Assembly (NCBI GenBank): GCA_907165135.1
Contig: OU015566.1
Span: 13,578,001-13,642,000, forward strand
Reading direction: 5' to 3'
DNA: 64,000 bases
Source: Oikopleura dioica
Taxonomy: Eukaryota; Animalia; Chordata
Made by a program: the position numbers and the translations under genes. Below are positions 1 to 11,400 of the stretch, one piece after another. Numbering within the stretch: the first letter of the stretch is position 1; the number at the start of each line of letters is the position of its first letter. The notes under the pieces were generated by a model. It was not told where the DNA came from and searched no databases. It saw nothing but the letters and a program-made list of their open reading frames with translations.

Positions 1-227
1 TGGTGAAGAGCACGACCCCAATTGGGTGCCAACAATGGATGATGTGGAACAGCTCATCTACGATCAGCAAGTCTCTGCTGAAGAATCTGAAGATTTTGAA
101 GCTTCTGAGGAGATTCGTAAGTTCAACCGTTGAGTACACACTAGCTATATTTATCTCTGTAGAAGCTCCAGACAGCCGGGACTGGGAACCAGCTGCTGGC
201 GATATCTTCATCCATGTCCGAGACTAA
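1..227 (+). CDS. 3' end of a gene for an acidic protein (5' part outside window)
   Basis: Frame from nt 2 reads GEEHDPNWVPTMDDVEQLIYDQQVSAEESEDFEASEEI. A GT-AG intron at 117-162 joins it to QAPDSRDWEPAAGDIFIHVRD-stop at 227. Confidence 0.6.
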   Translation, partial: VKSTTPIGCQQWMMWNSSSTISKSLLKNLKILKLLRRFVSSTVEYTLAIFISVEAPDSRDWEPAAGDIFIHVRD

Positions 228-421
228 CTGCAGAGCTGAATGTCAATCCAACTTCACAATTGTGCCCGACTAATTTCTTTCAACCGCTTTGATTTTGATG
301 AATAAACTTCAACTTACAACGACCCCTTATTGACGAGTTTTAGACTTAATTCTTTGAATTCCAAAGATCAGACTTGAGCTCTGCATTTTTGTTTATTTTT
401 TGTTGTTTTTAACAAACACTG

Positions 422-444
422 CAGTATGAACTCCCTATAAAACC
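422..444 (+). promoter_or_regulatory. CAGTATGA motif plus TATA box upstream of micropeptide gene A
   Basis: CAGTATGA at 422-429 and TATAAAACC at 436-444, about 60 nt before the ATG. The same pair of motifs precedes the paralog at 3000-3029. Confidence 0.5.
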
Positions 445-505
445 GGCGCACCTCGACGCTCTGAAGTACTCTTAAGAACTTTCAAAAAGAGCCGTCCAAC
501 CAAAA

Positions 506-721
506 ATGAAATTGATCAACTCCATTTTCATGCTTTTCGCCATTGCAACTGGCTATCGACTCGTCCAAGAGGAGCAGTGAGTTGAGATCACCAAATCCAG
601 ATAATACGTTTCGTTTTTTAGGAGCGAATCAGTCGAAATAGTTCAATCGTCGATCTCAGAATATTCCATCCAGGAGTCGGAGGTCTCTGAAGTCGTCTCC
701 GAGGAGGTTTACTACGGATAA
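506..721 (+). CDS. Secreted acidic micropeptide A (56 aa, 2 exons)
   Basis: Exons 506-576 and 622-721 with a 45-nt GT-AG phase-2 intron. Product MKLINSIFMLFAIATGYRLVQEEQSESVEIVQSSISEYSIQESEVSEVVSEEVYYG: signal-peptide-like N-terminus and Glu/Ser-rich body. Paralog at 3089. Confidence 0.8.
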
Positions 722-1143
722 AAGCTCCATTCTTCGACAACAGTGATTCCTGACATCAATTCTTTCACTTTTGTGAATTCTTATTTACTCAAATAAAAAA
801 CAAAAAAAAACCTTGAATGATACAGACCTCGAGTTTCATACGGCCTTGTTGAAGCAAAGCACGATCTGATCCTCCTGCATAATTCCAAAAATCAGATTAT
901 TAAATCTATTTAATATAATCTCTACTCCGTTATTTTCACAAACTACAAAATATAATTTGCAGCGGTGTTTCCATATTTCAATCAAGAGTTTTATTTTGAG
1001 GAAAGCACTGTTTTGTGAAGCGCCACGAGCTATTAACCTCTTGGTGAAAGTGCACCGCCACCTAGCTGCGTTCGCTCTAGCCAGGCGAAAAATAAATAAC
1101 GGAAGCAATTGAGAGTTTATCAGAATATCTGAAAAATCCGAAA

Positions 1144-2645
1144 ATGAAGGTTTTTATTCTTAGAGATCCTAGAAAATAATAGAGATTTATTTTTAGCTCT
1201 TCTCCTTAATTGCCTTCGCAGCAGCCTCTGAATCTGAATACACCACTGAAACGACTACAACGGAAGAATGGACCACTGGAACTACTCCTCAGACTCCAGG
1301 GATCTAAATTTTTGCCGAAAATCAATTGCGATTGCGATGCGATTGCGACGCAAAATGGTCCGGAAATTGCGATGCGATTGCGATTTTTTTCGCAAATTGC
1401 GAATTTTTCGCGAATTGCGATTTTGTCGCCATTTGCGAAATTTTAGCGTAAAAAGTAATTTTTCAAAGGATTTAAGACTATTTTTTGAGGTCAGGCTTAC
1501 AATTAAGCCTTTAGAACACAGAAAATAGGCTCTGAGTCAAAGAAAACCCGTGTCAGAATAACGAAGGAGCATTTTGACAAGACCGAAATTCGCAAAAAAT
1601 CGCAATTTGCGAATTATTGACGAAAATTGAGTTGCGATTGCGATGCGATTCGATCAAAAAATAATTTGCGATTGCGAATTTTCTGCGAAATTTCGCATCG
1701 CAATCGCAAAATATTCGCAAATTGCGATTTTCGCGAAAAAATTTAAATCCCTGTCAGACTCCTCACTTCACTACTGAGACCACTAGTGTTTGGTCAACTC
1801 AACAGTACACCGATTGCGGCGGCTACATCACTGAGCTCCAAACGTTTTCGTCTCCAGGCGGATTTGGTGGAGAATTCATCTATCCCAATCACGCTCATTG
1901 TGTCTGGACCATCAACATTCGAGGAGTTCCCGGTTTCATCATCAGCGCCAATCGATTCGCCGTCGAACAGGCCTATCGATGCCAATGGGACCACGTCAAG
2001 GTCGTTGCCAACGGTGTGGAGAGAAACTTCTGCGGCTACAACAAGGAACAGCCGAAAACCGACTCCGAACCCGACAAAGAAGTTGACGAAGGAGACAAAT
2101 TTTCCAGTTACGGTCTCGTCAATACATCGCTCAAGGGATTTCAAGACCTTTTCGTCCTAGGAGGTCAGGCTACTATCAGTTTCACAACTGACGAGTCTGT
2201 AAAACGTCAAGGCTTCGAGTTCGAGCTTATCGAAGCTGACCGACTCGACATCATCGAATACCACTTTGGCGTAAGTTCACATTGACAAATTGTCATTTGT
2301 AAAATGTTAACTCTTAATATTCAGAGAATCGTCGAATCTCTTCCAGAAGACGCTTCTTGGGGCGAGCGATATGTCAACCGATTCTACAGAGCCTTCAACA
2401 AGGCCGTCAATTCTGACAACGGCGAAAGCTGCTACGAAGAAAACGGCTTCGGTTCGGATGACTCCGCCGACGACGTCCAGGTCTTCGACGAGAGCGACTT
2501 CTGCAAACTCAATGGCCAGGTCAACGCCGCCCTCAACAGCTGGGCCCGAAACAACGCATGCGAAGGACGAGGCAAGGTACACCGACAGATCATCCGTTCT
2601 GCTCGAAAAACTCGAAACTTCTACAACAAGAAAATGGGCTGCTAA
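1144..2645 (+). CDS. Secreted CUB-domain protein with Thr/Glu-rich N-terminus and Cys-containing C-terminal domain (oikosin-like, inference)
   Basis: Proposed exons 1144-1149, 1197-1298, 1758-2270, 2325-2645. Signal MKLFSLIAFAAA. CUB motifs CGG...FSSPG...YPNHAHCVWTI...F.VE...C.WDHV...FCG...ISFTTDESV.RQGF. Exon 2/3 junction is interrupted by the MITE at 1297-1753. Confidence 0.85.
1297..1753. mobile_element. hAT-type MITE (457 bp) inserted in coding exon of the CUB gene
   Basis: TIRs CAGGGATCTAAATTTTT / AAAAAATTTAAATCCCTG. Perfect 8-bp TSD TCAGACTC at 1289-1296 and 1754-1761. Internal arrays of ATTGCG/CGCAAT in inverted orientation. Confidence 0.92.
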
Positions 2646-2999
2646 TTCAGTATAAGAATTTTTGATTCTGTTTTGTTTCTGAAAAAAAATAATAAAAAAA
2701 AGTTCTTGAAACCACTTTGTCCGCCGTATTTTGCCCCACGTCAGTGTTATGCCTCACAATTTATGCGTACTATTTTATTTTCTTCTCATGATACCAAAAT
2801 ATTCGGGGCATGATCTTATTTTGGATAAGCCGATCGTATAATTTGCATTTTAACCCTAGTGTCTTCTTTTCAAATTTAACACCGCAAGACCATCGGTAGT
2901 TCTATCTTCTTATCTGAAGTTGATTGGGAAATCGAAATGTGACATTTGTGCTTTTTTGTTTACCCTATTGTTTGTTACCAGCGCGAACTGGATGAAAAC

Positions 3000-3029
3000 C
3001 AGTATGATCGGCTATCTGACTATAAAACC
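3000..3029 (+). promoter_or_regulatory. CAGTATGA motif plus TATA box upstream of micropeptide gene B
   Basis: CAGTATGA at 3000-3007 and TATAAAACC at 3021-3029, about 60 nt before the ATG at 3089. Confidence 0.5.
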
Positions 3030-3088
3030 AACGCCGATTGTGTACCTCAATCAGAATAAAAAAAGACCAAGAGAAGACATATAAAAAA

Positions 3089-3327
3089 ATGAAGTTGTCC
3101 AACTCTATCTTCGTCCTCTTCGCGGTCGCAACTGGCTACAGAATCGTTCAAGAACAGTAAGTCCTTTTCACCGGATTCTTTTCATTCAACCGTCTCTCAG
3201 AGCCCAACCAGCTGAGTACAACTACCAAGCTGCAGATGAAGTTGCCCAAGAAGATTACCCATCTTATTACGATCACTACACTTACTACGCCTATTACGAG
3301 GAAAATTACAACACCAACGACGAATAA
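3089..3327 (+). CDS. Secreted acidic Tyr-rich micropeptide B (64 aa, 2 exons)
   Basis: Exons 3089-3156 and 3201-3327 with a 44-nt GT-AG phase-2 intron at the same position as in paralog A. Product MKLSNSIFVLFAVATGYRIVQEQAQPAEYNYQAADEVAQEDYPSYYDHYTYYAYYEENYNTNDE. Confidence 0.8.
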
Positions 3328-3745
3328 CAGTATATAGACAATTCAAATTCCTGCAATAAACTGCACAAACTCTTGAAAGCAAGAACCTGGAATCGCTTTC
3401 AAAAAGAATTTTTGTCAATTGCAACAATTTTTATTGCATTATTTCGGATAAGTTACTTTGTGTGAAATTGTGTTAGAAACAAGTCAGTGGTGGAAATTCG
3501 GATGAAGCTTGCGAATGAATCGGAACTCGAGGTAAACAGTTGCTAAACGGGTCAACGGAAAATAAACAGGTCTAGCTGGCTTCTTTTGGGAATAAAGTTC
3601 TTGTTTTTTTTTTAGTAAAGGGCGTGTCGGTAGTACATCGTTGTTGATTTCTTTCTTTTCTTCTCTTTTGCGTAGTATTTTTTTTTGAACGGAGTGTGTT
3701 GAATTGAAAACCTGGTTGAAATTTGAATTCGGAAAATATTCATTT

Positions 3746-5914
3746 TCAGAGCTCGGAAACTGGAACGCGCCAGATACAGACGCGGCGATCCCAGCCGCCA
3801 GAGAGAACTGTATACTTCTGCTCGTTGTTGTTACTGAAAAATGAGTTAATAACTGTTCTCCCCTTATTAACCCCTTCGCGCTGCATCATGCCATGTTTTT
3901 AAAAAGAGACTTTTCAGCCATTCAAAGGCTTTTTCCAACAAATTGGTCGATAAGCGCGAAAGGGTTAAACAGTAAATAAAAGTGGTAAAGGATGATAAAT
4001 GAAAAGCTGATAAAATCGACCAGTAAGGGAGGAGATACCCTTGTTTTTTCTTTGTCGGCGATGAAAAACTACGACTTCGTGGCCAAGTGCTTGAGCCAGA
4101 AAATGGAAAGCTCCCTCGTCTTTTTATCTTTCTACCCTCCTTTTTCGATGGGCTCATAACTTGGGGACACGCAAAACTGTTTGAAAAGATGAGGAAGTTT
4201 TTAGAGAAAGGCTCTAGCGTACCTTGAATAATTACTGTGAAGCCAAGCAGTGCACATGACAGAATTTTGATGGGATCTTGAGTTGCGTATCCTTCTCAGT
4301 CGCGTTTGATTCGAATTCGCCTGAAATCGACTGTTATTTTCCAGACAGTATTTGAGAGCAAGAACCGTTAGCAAGCGAATATGACGATCATCGTGTGGCA
4401 GCGCGACGACCCCGGCTGAGTTGACACTAAGGCGATTGACGGCTGAATCCACTGACACGCGCTCGACGGGACGGTTTTTTCGGAAGTCTGAAAAACAGGT
4501 GGTCATAACTGTATTTTCGCAAAAAAATAATCACTAGAATAGAATATTGTCTGCTTTGAGGTCAGTAGGGTTGAGTTAAGGCCACGTGACCTCGATTAAC
4601 AGAGAAAGAGCAGGTTTGCTTACCAAAAATCCTGACAGTTTTATCCTCTGATGATGAAATAATCGTGTTATTATCTAAGAAACAAGTTGAAGAGACGGCT
4701 GAACGATGCTGCGTTGAAATACATATTGTTGAACTTGGAACGCGGTAATCCTTAGAAATTCATAAAGACGATAAAAAAGAGGGAGAGATTTACCCAGACG
4801 CGGATAGAGCCGTCTTTGCAAGAAGTAGTAACGAGATTGGGCTGGGTTGGGTGGGCAGAGCAGTGATTTATGGCACATTCGTGGCCGCACAGGTCAACGA
4901 TTGACTTGGCGGTCTCGAGGTCGTGGACTTGCGCTTTTCCGTCGTAGCCGACAGTGAAGACGCGTTCGTTTTGACAGAAGGCGATGCTGAAATTGAATTT
5001 TCTTCTCGCTGAGATCAAGGAAGACTCACCTTGAAACAATAGCATCGTGGCTGCCAATTCTGAGAATGGGTTGATTGATGACGAGCTCTTGATCTTCCTG
5101 ATCGGAAGGGCTGTTTAGATTCTCCAAGTTGTAAGGCCAAAGATGAACTTCAGTATCTCCCGAGCCGGAAATAGCAAGATCCTCGGTCGGATGAAGCGCG
5201 ACAGTATTTACAGCGCCAATGTGTCCCTGATATTTTGTCCGGCATTGACCGGTTTCCGACTGAAATTGAGGAATTGAAAGGAGGAAAGGTGGACGGATAG
5301 GCTTACCCAAACTTTAGCAGTTTTATCGAGCGAGGCAGTGATGAAAAAGTTTTTCTTTTCGGTCGTTTTTAGGTCTTGAATTGCGTCGCGATGGGCGATG
5401 AAATCTGTGACGAGTTCGCCCTGACAGTTGGTATTTCTGAAGCCAGCAGACACCACGGAACTTACTATAAAATACCGTTTTCGCGAGAGAAAAATAGTTA
5501 TTCTTATTGGTTAATGATTGGGTTAGAATTAAAAAGCCGGCTTTTGACTGGTCAAAACTAAAGATCAATTAATTTGATTGGCCAAAAAATACCTTTGGAG
5601 CTAGTCTCGTTGTACGCCTTTTTCAGCTTCGAAAAATGACTCTTCGACTTAGGAATTCCAGTTCTTGATGGCATCTCTTGTTGATTCTCGCCAGGTACTG
5701 TTTTGATCATGGCGTGATTCTGCTCTGAGGACGAGTCAGCCGCGAGAAGCTCTGAACATACGTGTTAAAGCGGGATAAATATGGCGCTGAATAAGGACTA
5801 ATCGTCATGCCGTACTCTTTTTGATGGAAATAGCATCTTTTTTAATATCGCCAGAAAGCGCGTAATTGGAAGATAAATGGGAAATAAACGACTACCTGTT
5901 TTGCGAAGGAGCAT
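3746..5914 (-). CDS. WDR37: WD repeat-containing protein 37 ortholog (multi-exon; 5' end approximate)
   Basis: Exons give SKLKKAYNETSSK, AHRDAIQDL..ITASLDKTAKVW, SETGQCRTKYQGHIGAVNTVALHP, GHECAINHCSAHPTQPNLVTTS, DSAVNRLSV..VALPHDDRHIRL, SH..SVMCTAW and a last exon LSGGWDRRVCIWRV-stop. This matches the WDR37 motif order as I recall it. Confidence 0.85.
3871..3964. mobile_element. Small TTAA-flanked (piggyBac-type) MITE in last WDR37 intron
   Basis: TTAA at 3867-3870 and 3965-3968. TIRs CCCCTTCGCGCT / AGCGCGAAAGGG. Confidence 0.75.
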
Positions 5915-6397
5915 GTTTTTGACTGAATAATAAAAATAGAGCTTGAAGTAAAAAAGGTAGGTTCTAGCGGGCCATTTTAATGAGATTTTTACCTTTAAAA
6001 AAGGCTTGAAAATTTCTCTTATTTTGCTGAAGTCTTTGTTTTGTTTTTTTTTAATTTACGAAGGAAGCAAAAAGCGCACGTGTTCGTCTCGCAGCGCCGT
6101 TAAAATATACCTTTCCTAGCTGGAGGTCAATGGTGATTTTGCCTGAGACGAGAGTGCAAAATATAAACACTTTTGCGGCGCTTCGACAAAAGAGATTTCG
6201 AAGGCAAACAATTACTCTTTTAAAGACAAAAAATGTCCTCTCTGATATTGAAAGAGCTTAGGTAGAGACTGAAAATGAGTTTGGAAACACTAAGAAAGGG
6301 ACGGAGGTTCACAAATGTTTCCGCAATAGAGGAAATTGATGATGAGTGTTGGAGCGTAGCCAATTTTTCGGAAGAATAAATTTTTAACCCTTGGAAG

Positions 6398-6801
6398 CAG
6401 AGTTGGTAAAAAAGTATACTTCACTCGCCCTTCAGAATGAAGTACACTTCATGAAGTATACTTCAGGGCGTTGCAGGGCGTTGAAGGGCGTGAAGTGTAC
6501 TTCCGCCCTTCCCTCTACTTCAACCGCCCTTCCGCCCTTCACTCTACTTCAACTTGGTTCTGTCGGCCATCAGAATCCATCCGCCAGAATTTTTTCAAAT
6601 TTTGCGCTTATTGGCTCTCAGGCGCCATGATTTAAATCACGCTGATTGACGCAGATGAACAGGCAGCTAAAGTTTTCGATAAGAACCGATAGCGCCTGAA
6701 GTATACTTCAGAGCCATTTCGTACTTCACCGCCCTTCAAGAATGAAGGGCGCCCTGCAGATTTTTGAAGGGCGGGGGGAAGTATACATTTTTCCTGCTCT
6801 G
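6398..6801. mobile_element. hAT-type MITE (404 bp), intergenic
   Basis: About 36-bp imperfect TIRs CAGAG(T/C)..AAAAA(A/T)GTATACTTC..CGCCCTTCA. Perfect 8-bp TSD CTTGGAAG at 6390-6397 and 6802-6809. Internal GAAGTATACTTCA and AAGGGCG repeats. Confidence 0.92.
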
Positions 6802-7049
6802 CTTGGAAGCTCGAGTTCATTTGCGGCCATTTGGGGTCAATTTTCAAGTAAAAAAGTGACCCCAAATGACCTTTGCTAAGAATAAGGTGACTCGAGGTCA
6901 TTTGAGGTTGATTTGATTTGAGGGCCCAAAATCACATCTAGAATAGCCGTAAAGGGGCTCAGAGTTGCCAAAAGATAGATAAAAATACTGACCTAGCGAT
7001 AAAAGTACTTCTCTCTTTGTAAAGATCGTTTAGGAATGCTACTTTTTTA

Positions 7050-7768
7050 TTGATTCCTGATTGAGTGGCACGTGTCATGATTACTCTGTTTTGGTATTTG
7101 CGAGAAAGAAAAAAATGTGGCTCAATAAATCACTTTTGTCTTTCACGTGAGTTGTGATTTTGAATTTCAATAGTGCCTGGGTAAACGAGGCTAATAAAAA
7201 TAAAAGTTGGATACCTTCAATTTGTCGCTTGAGGTCGTGGTTCTCTTTCATCGTCTTTTGGTACTCGCCAACGATCGTGCAGAATTGGTTGTCTAAATAA
7301 AAGGATAGTTCGAATTCTCTTCCTTGATTTCAAAATGTCTTCAGCGGTCGAAAAAAAATGTCATTATTTCTCTATTGCTTCTTACCTAACTTAGACAAAG
7401 TCGCCCTAAAGTTGGCAATTAATCCGACGGTCGTCTCGTCTGGCGAGCTCCCATCACTGTCGGGCGCGTAGTGACTTTCGCCTCCATCCAGCCTGAAAAT
7501 CATCATCATTCCACCAATTCCAATACGGTAATTAACGCAGCGACAGCGATTCTACGTCAATCTTTTTCGATATTCCCCCGTTTCTCGAGGGAAAAAGTTT
7601 GTCAAAAACTTGCGTGAATCGATCGTTTTGACAAATTATAGAATAATTCAGGGAGTTGGAGATTTATTGCTCACGCCTCGGGGGAATTAACATTTGAACT
7701 TTTTTTAAGAATGAAGCTAGAATTTACCTTGATAAACGGGCCTTTTTTGAGTTGCTTCTGTCCATCAT
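7050..7768 (-). CDS. Small multi-exon hypothetical protein with short coiled coil (3' end approximate)
   Basis: In-phase GT-AG exons give MMDRSNSKKARLS / RLDGGESHYAPDSDGSSPDETTVGLIANFRATLSKL / DNQFCTIVGEYQKTMKENHDLKRQIE / ASFTQALLKF... Confidence 0.5.
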
Positions 7769-8402
7769 CTTCTTTCTTTTTGATTTTTTCTATTTCATTG
7801 TTTCCTTTTTTCCTCTTCTCTGAAGCGAGTTAATAAAAAAGGGATGAAACGAGCACAGGAAAATCTTTAAAGAATAAACGCAGAAGAAAATGGACAACAG
7901 ATGAGGAGCGAAGTGGAGGCAATAAATACTATTTACAACTGCTAAGAAAGGATAGTCGAGCAAGCGGAATCTCTCTTTTTTTTGTTCTTTTGTGTTTTTA
8001 AAGTTAAAGTTTTGTGAGTTTTTGTGTGCTAGAGTTGGAGATAGAAGGAAGTTGGGATGATTTTTGGATAGTAAAAAATAGAGGCGATTTATATTAGTGG
8101 CTAATAAGAAATTTGAAATTTCTTGATAAGGGGGCTAGAGTTTTAGTTCGTCTAAATAAGGGGGTCACTTTGAATGAGATCTAAATCATGAAGTTTTTTA
8201 ACACTTGTTGGACAAAGAGTAAAAGGTTTATCAGTGATACCGTATCAATGTCGAATTGTTCTGGAATAAGACAAAGAAGCTCTTGAATGGAAAAAGAAAC
8301 ATCGACATTCATTAATGGATTTGAACATTTTCTCTTGTGTGTTTGGGGATGTATAAGATGTCGAAATGATTGATGCTGAAAATGGGGAAACATGTCAATT
8401 AT

Positions 8403-11400
8403 TCAAATGGCATCTTTGAGAGCCGTTAAATTTTCAGGTTCCCGGTTGAGCAGCTCGATATCGGCCTTGATCCAGGCGATGCCGCTGCCTGCTCGAGCCA
8501 AATGCGTCTGTTCTAGGCTTTTAACATGACCTAAAAGGCCAATTACTAGCAATGCTGAACTAGGTCCGAAATCCCGCGTGTTTGGCTTGTGGCGCGTGAG
8601 TGGGGGCGCTCTTCACGCAGCAAAAATTTTGCGGCGTAAATTTTGCGCCGGGTTCGATTGTGGCCCAATTTTCCGCCCTCGCTTCAAGGGTTGATTACTA
8701 GCGCCAAGCGCTCAAGGCGTAGGCCCTAAGCTTGTGCTGGCAGCCTTGTATTCCCGTAAAGCCCCGGAACGCACCAATATTCGAGTGGTTCCTTTTACCT
8801 ACCGCGCTAACACTGATGCAAATAACCCCGGGAGATTTGAACTAAAATTTTCAAGAAGTGTAAAGCTTCATAATTTTGCCAAGAGTAATAAAAAAAATTC
8901 TCGATCAGTCCCCGCAGATAATTTGAACACTGGTGAATGTCTTATTGACAATAAGTTATTGTCCTGATTATTCGTTATTAGCATTGCTGAATAAATTAGA
9001 CCATAAGCAAAATAATTATTATTCTCTCCATAAATGAAAAGAACGAAAAAGTCTTTAAAAATTCAACAAATGACCCGAGCCCTCGGAATAATCAGCATAT
9101 TCTGACGAACAGACAAACTGGAAATTAAGTTGATAATTAATTTGAAACTCGCTTGTCTGCCCATGTTTATCATAATTAATAAATTTCATATAATTAGTTA
9201 TTATCTTCAACCTGCTTAAACCCCTTTTAAATTCGTTAAAAGCCATTCCGGAGGGCCTTGTTCCCAGGAATCCGTTTCAATGTCATAAATTTCAACGGAC
9301 TTGAGATACTCTTTTCCATTGTGGCCTCCAACAGCAATCAGCTTTCCCGAGAGTGGGGCCAGTCCAACGCCACCCCGTGGAGAAGCCATTGGTCGGATAC
9401 AAGTCCAGGGCTCGTCCTCGCTCAAAGGATTGTAGACTTCTACTGACGCTAAAGGCGCATTATCGTCTATATTTGGGCTCAAAAACAGCTTCATTATCAA
9501 TGGCTACATGTAGCAAGACTAATCTTGTCATGATTTGAGCCCTGAACGAATCCGCCTGCGACAAAAATCTTTCCATTTGCGACTGTAGCTCCTGCACCAG
9601 CTCTTCTCTGTTTCATCGGCGGAATATCCTTCCATTTATCCAGCAAGGGAGAGTATTTCTCGCAGCATGCTTTGCTTTGAACACCATCATTTCCCCCTAA
9701 TTTGTTTGAAATCAACGAAAAGAATCTAGAATCCTCTTACCTATCGCATAAACTTCATTATTCAAAGTAACGGCACAAACTCCACCACGATGAATGCTTA
9801 ACATAGCTACGTTCGTCCAAGTATCGCTGCCTGGATCGTATCTTTCGACGTTGTTGTAGCACATTTGATCGTCGAGTCCGCCGATAGCAAAGATGCACTG
9901 GCTACCGAAGACTTCAACGACGGCTAGGGCGATTCCCCGACGAGGGGTGGACATTTCTTTCTTCAGGACCCATTGCTTTGTTTCTAAGTCGAAGCATTCA
10001 ACGCTATTAGAGGTCTATGGAATTTTCGGAATCTAGATTATCACCGAATCCTCGAAAACGCAATCAACCTTCAATCAAGTCTTCAAAACCTCTTCCTAGA
10101 AAGATGATCTTTACCCGAATGTCCGCCAACAGCATATAAACACTTCCCAAGAGCAATTGCTCCAACATGTCTTCTCGCATTTCTCATGTCGGGCAAACTC
10201 TTCCACTCCATTTTCCACGATTTATGCGCTTCCAAATATTCAACCGACTTATAAGGGTCACCTTCGTTGCCTCTTCCTCCGACGCAGATCAAAACTCCAG
10301 CGTATGAGTTTCGCGGTCCACGAGAAACGGGAAGCGAAATTTGATTGTTGCCAGTTGCTAGGTGAAAGTTTTTCGTCTCCGAGATCATTTTGATCGCTTG
10401 AATCGAGTTGTTAAAAGGCGGGGTCTTTTCCAGCTCTAGAAGCTAGTATCGACAAATGCCCCCGAAATCCGGATCGGGTTTTCGTCGGGTTTTCTTGAAG
10501 TCGGAATTTTCCGATCGGGTTTTTGTCGGGTTTTCGTCGGGTTTTTGTCGGGTTTTTTATCGGGTTTTTGTAGGATATTTTTCGGGTTTTTGTCGGGTAT
10601 TTTTCGGATTTTTATCGGGTTTTAATCGGGTTTTCATCGGGTTCTCGTTGGGTTTTCGCGACACTGAAATTGAATCAAATATAATGAATCCAAATAGGCG
10701 AAAATAGACATGATTTTTGGCTAACAGAATTCTGGGAGCTGTCTGTGAAGAAACTAATGAGTAGATCCGAAGAGAAACCCGACGAAAAAACCCTACATAA
10801 ATCCGAAAAATGACCCTACAAAAACCCGATTTTATAGGGTCGTCACAATTTCACCGTCGGATTTTTGTAGGGTAGGCAGAGTCCAACAAAAACCCGACAA
10901 AAACGTCGGTTTTCTATCGGGTGTCGGGTGGGACTTGTCGATCCTAGTCTAGAAGTTCCGCAAGCGAGAGTTGGTCAAGTCGAACCGCGCGGAGGAGCGT
11001 CTCAAGGTGTTCAATTCGATTTTCAGTGTCTGTGTTGAGCCAGTTTTTCACCATTTCGACGACGATGACTTCGCTCTTTACGTTTAGCTCGTTAGTTTCA
11101 AGGATGCGGATGAGGAATTTTAAGGGGAGCTGAGCAAAAGGCTCTTGCCAGGACTCGTCGGAAAAGGTTGAAATGCAGAAGCTTTCGCAAGAGACTTTCA
11201 AAAGGTTCTTTCTTTTTGTTATCATTAGAATTTCTCAAGAATAAAGAAGGCAAAATATAGAACCAGACCCATGAGTCCAATACAATTAATACTCTCCGCG
11301 AACAACCAAACGGTCACCACATTCTCTTCCGACAAGTGAGAAGACATAAAATCCGAACAGGCTTCAATAATTTCATCTACTCCCAGAAGCGTCGCTGTTT

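Noticed and set aside
1210-1528. ORFs through the ATTGCG repeats (also 6391-6901, 10456-10707, 40123-40382)
   Set aside because: These are low-complexity translations of MITE or minisatellite sequence.
3867-4157. ORF 3867-4157 (-) as a separate gene
   Set aside because: It lies within the last WDR37 intron, runs into the TTAA MITE and has no recognisable motif.
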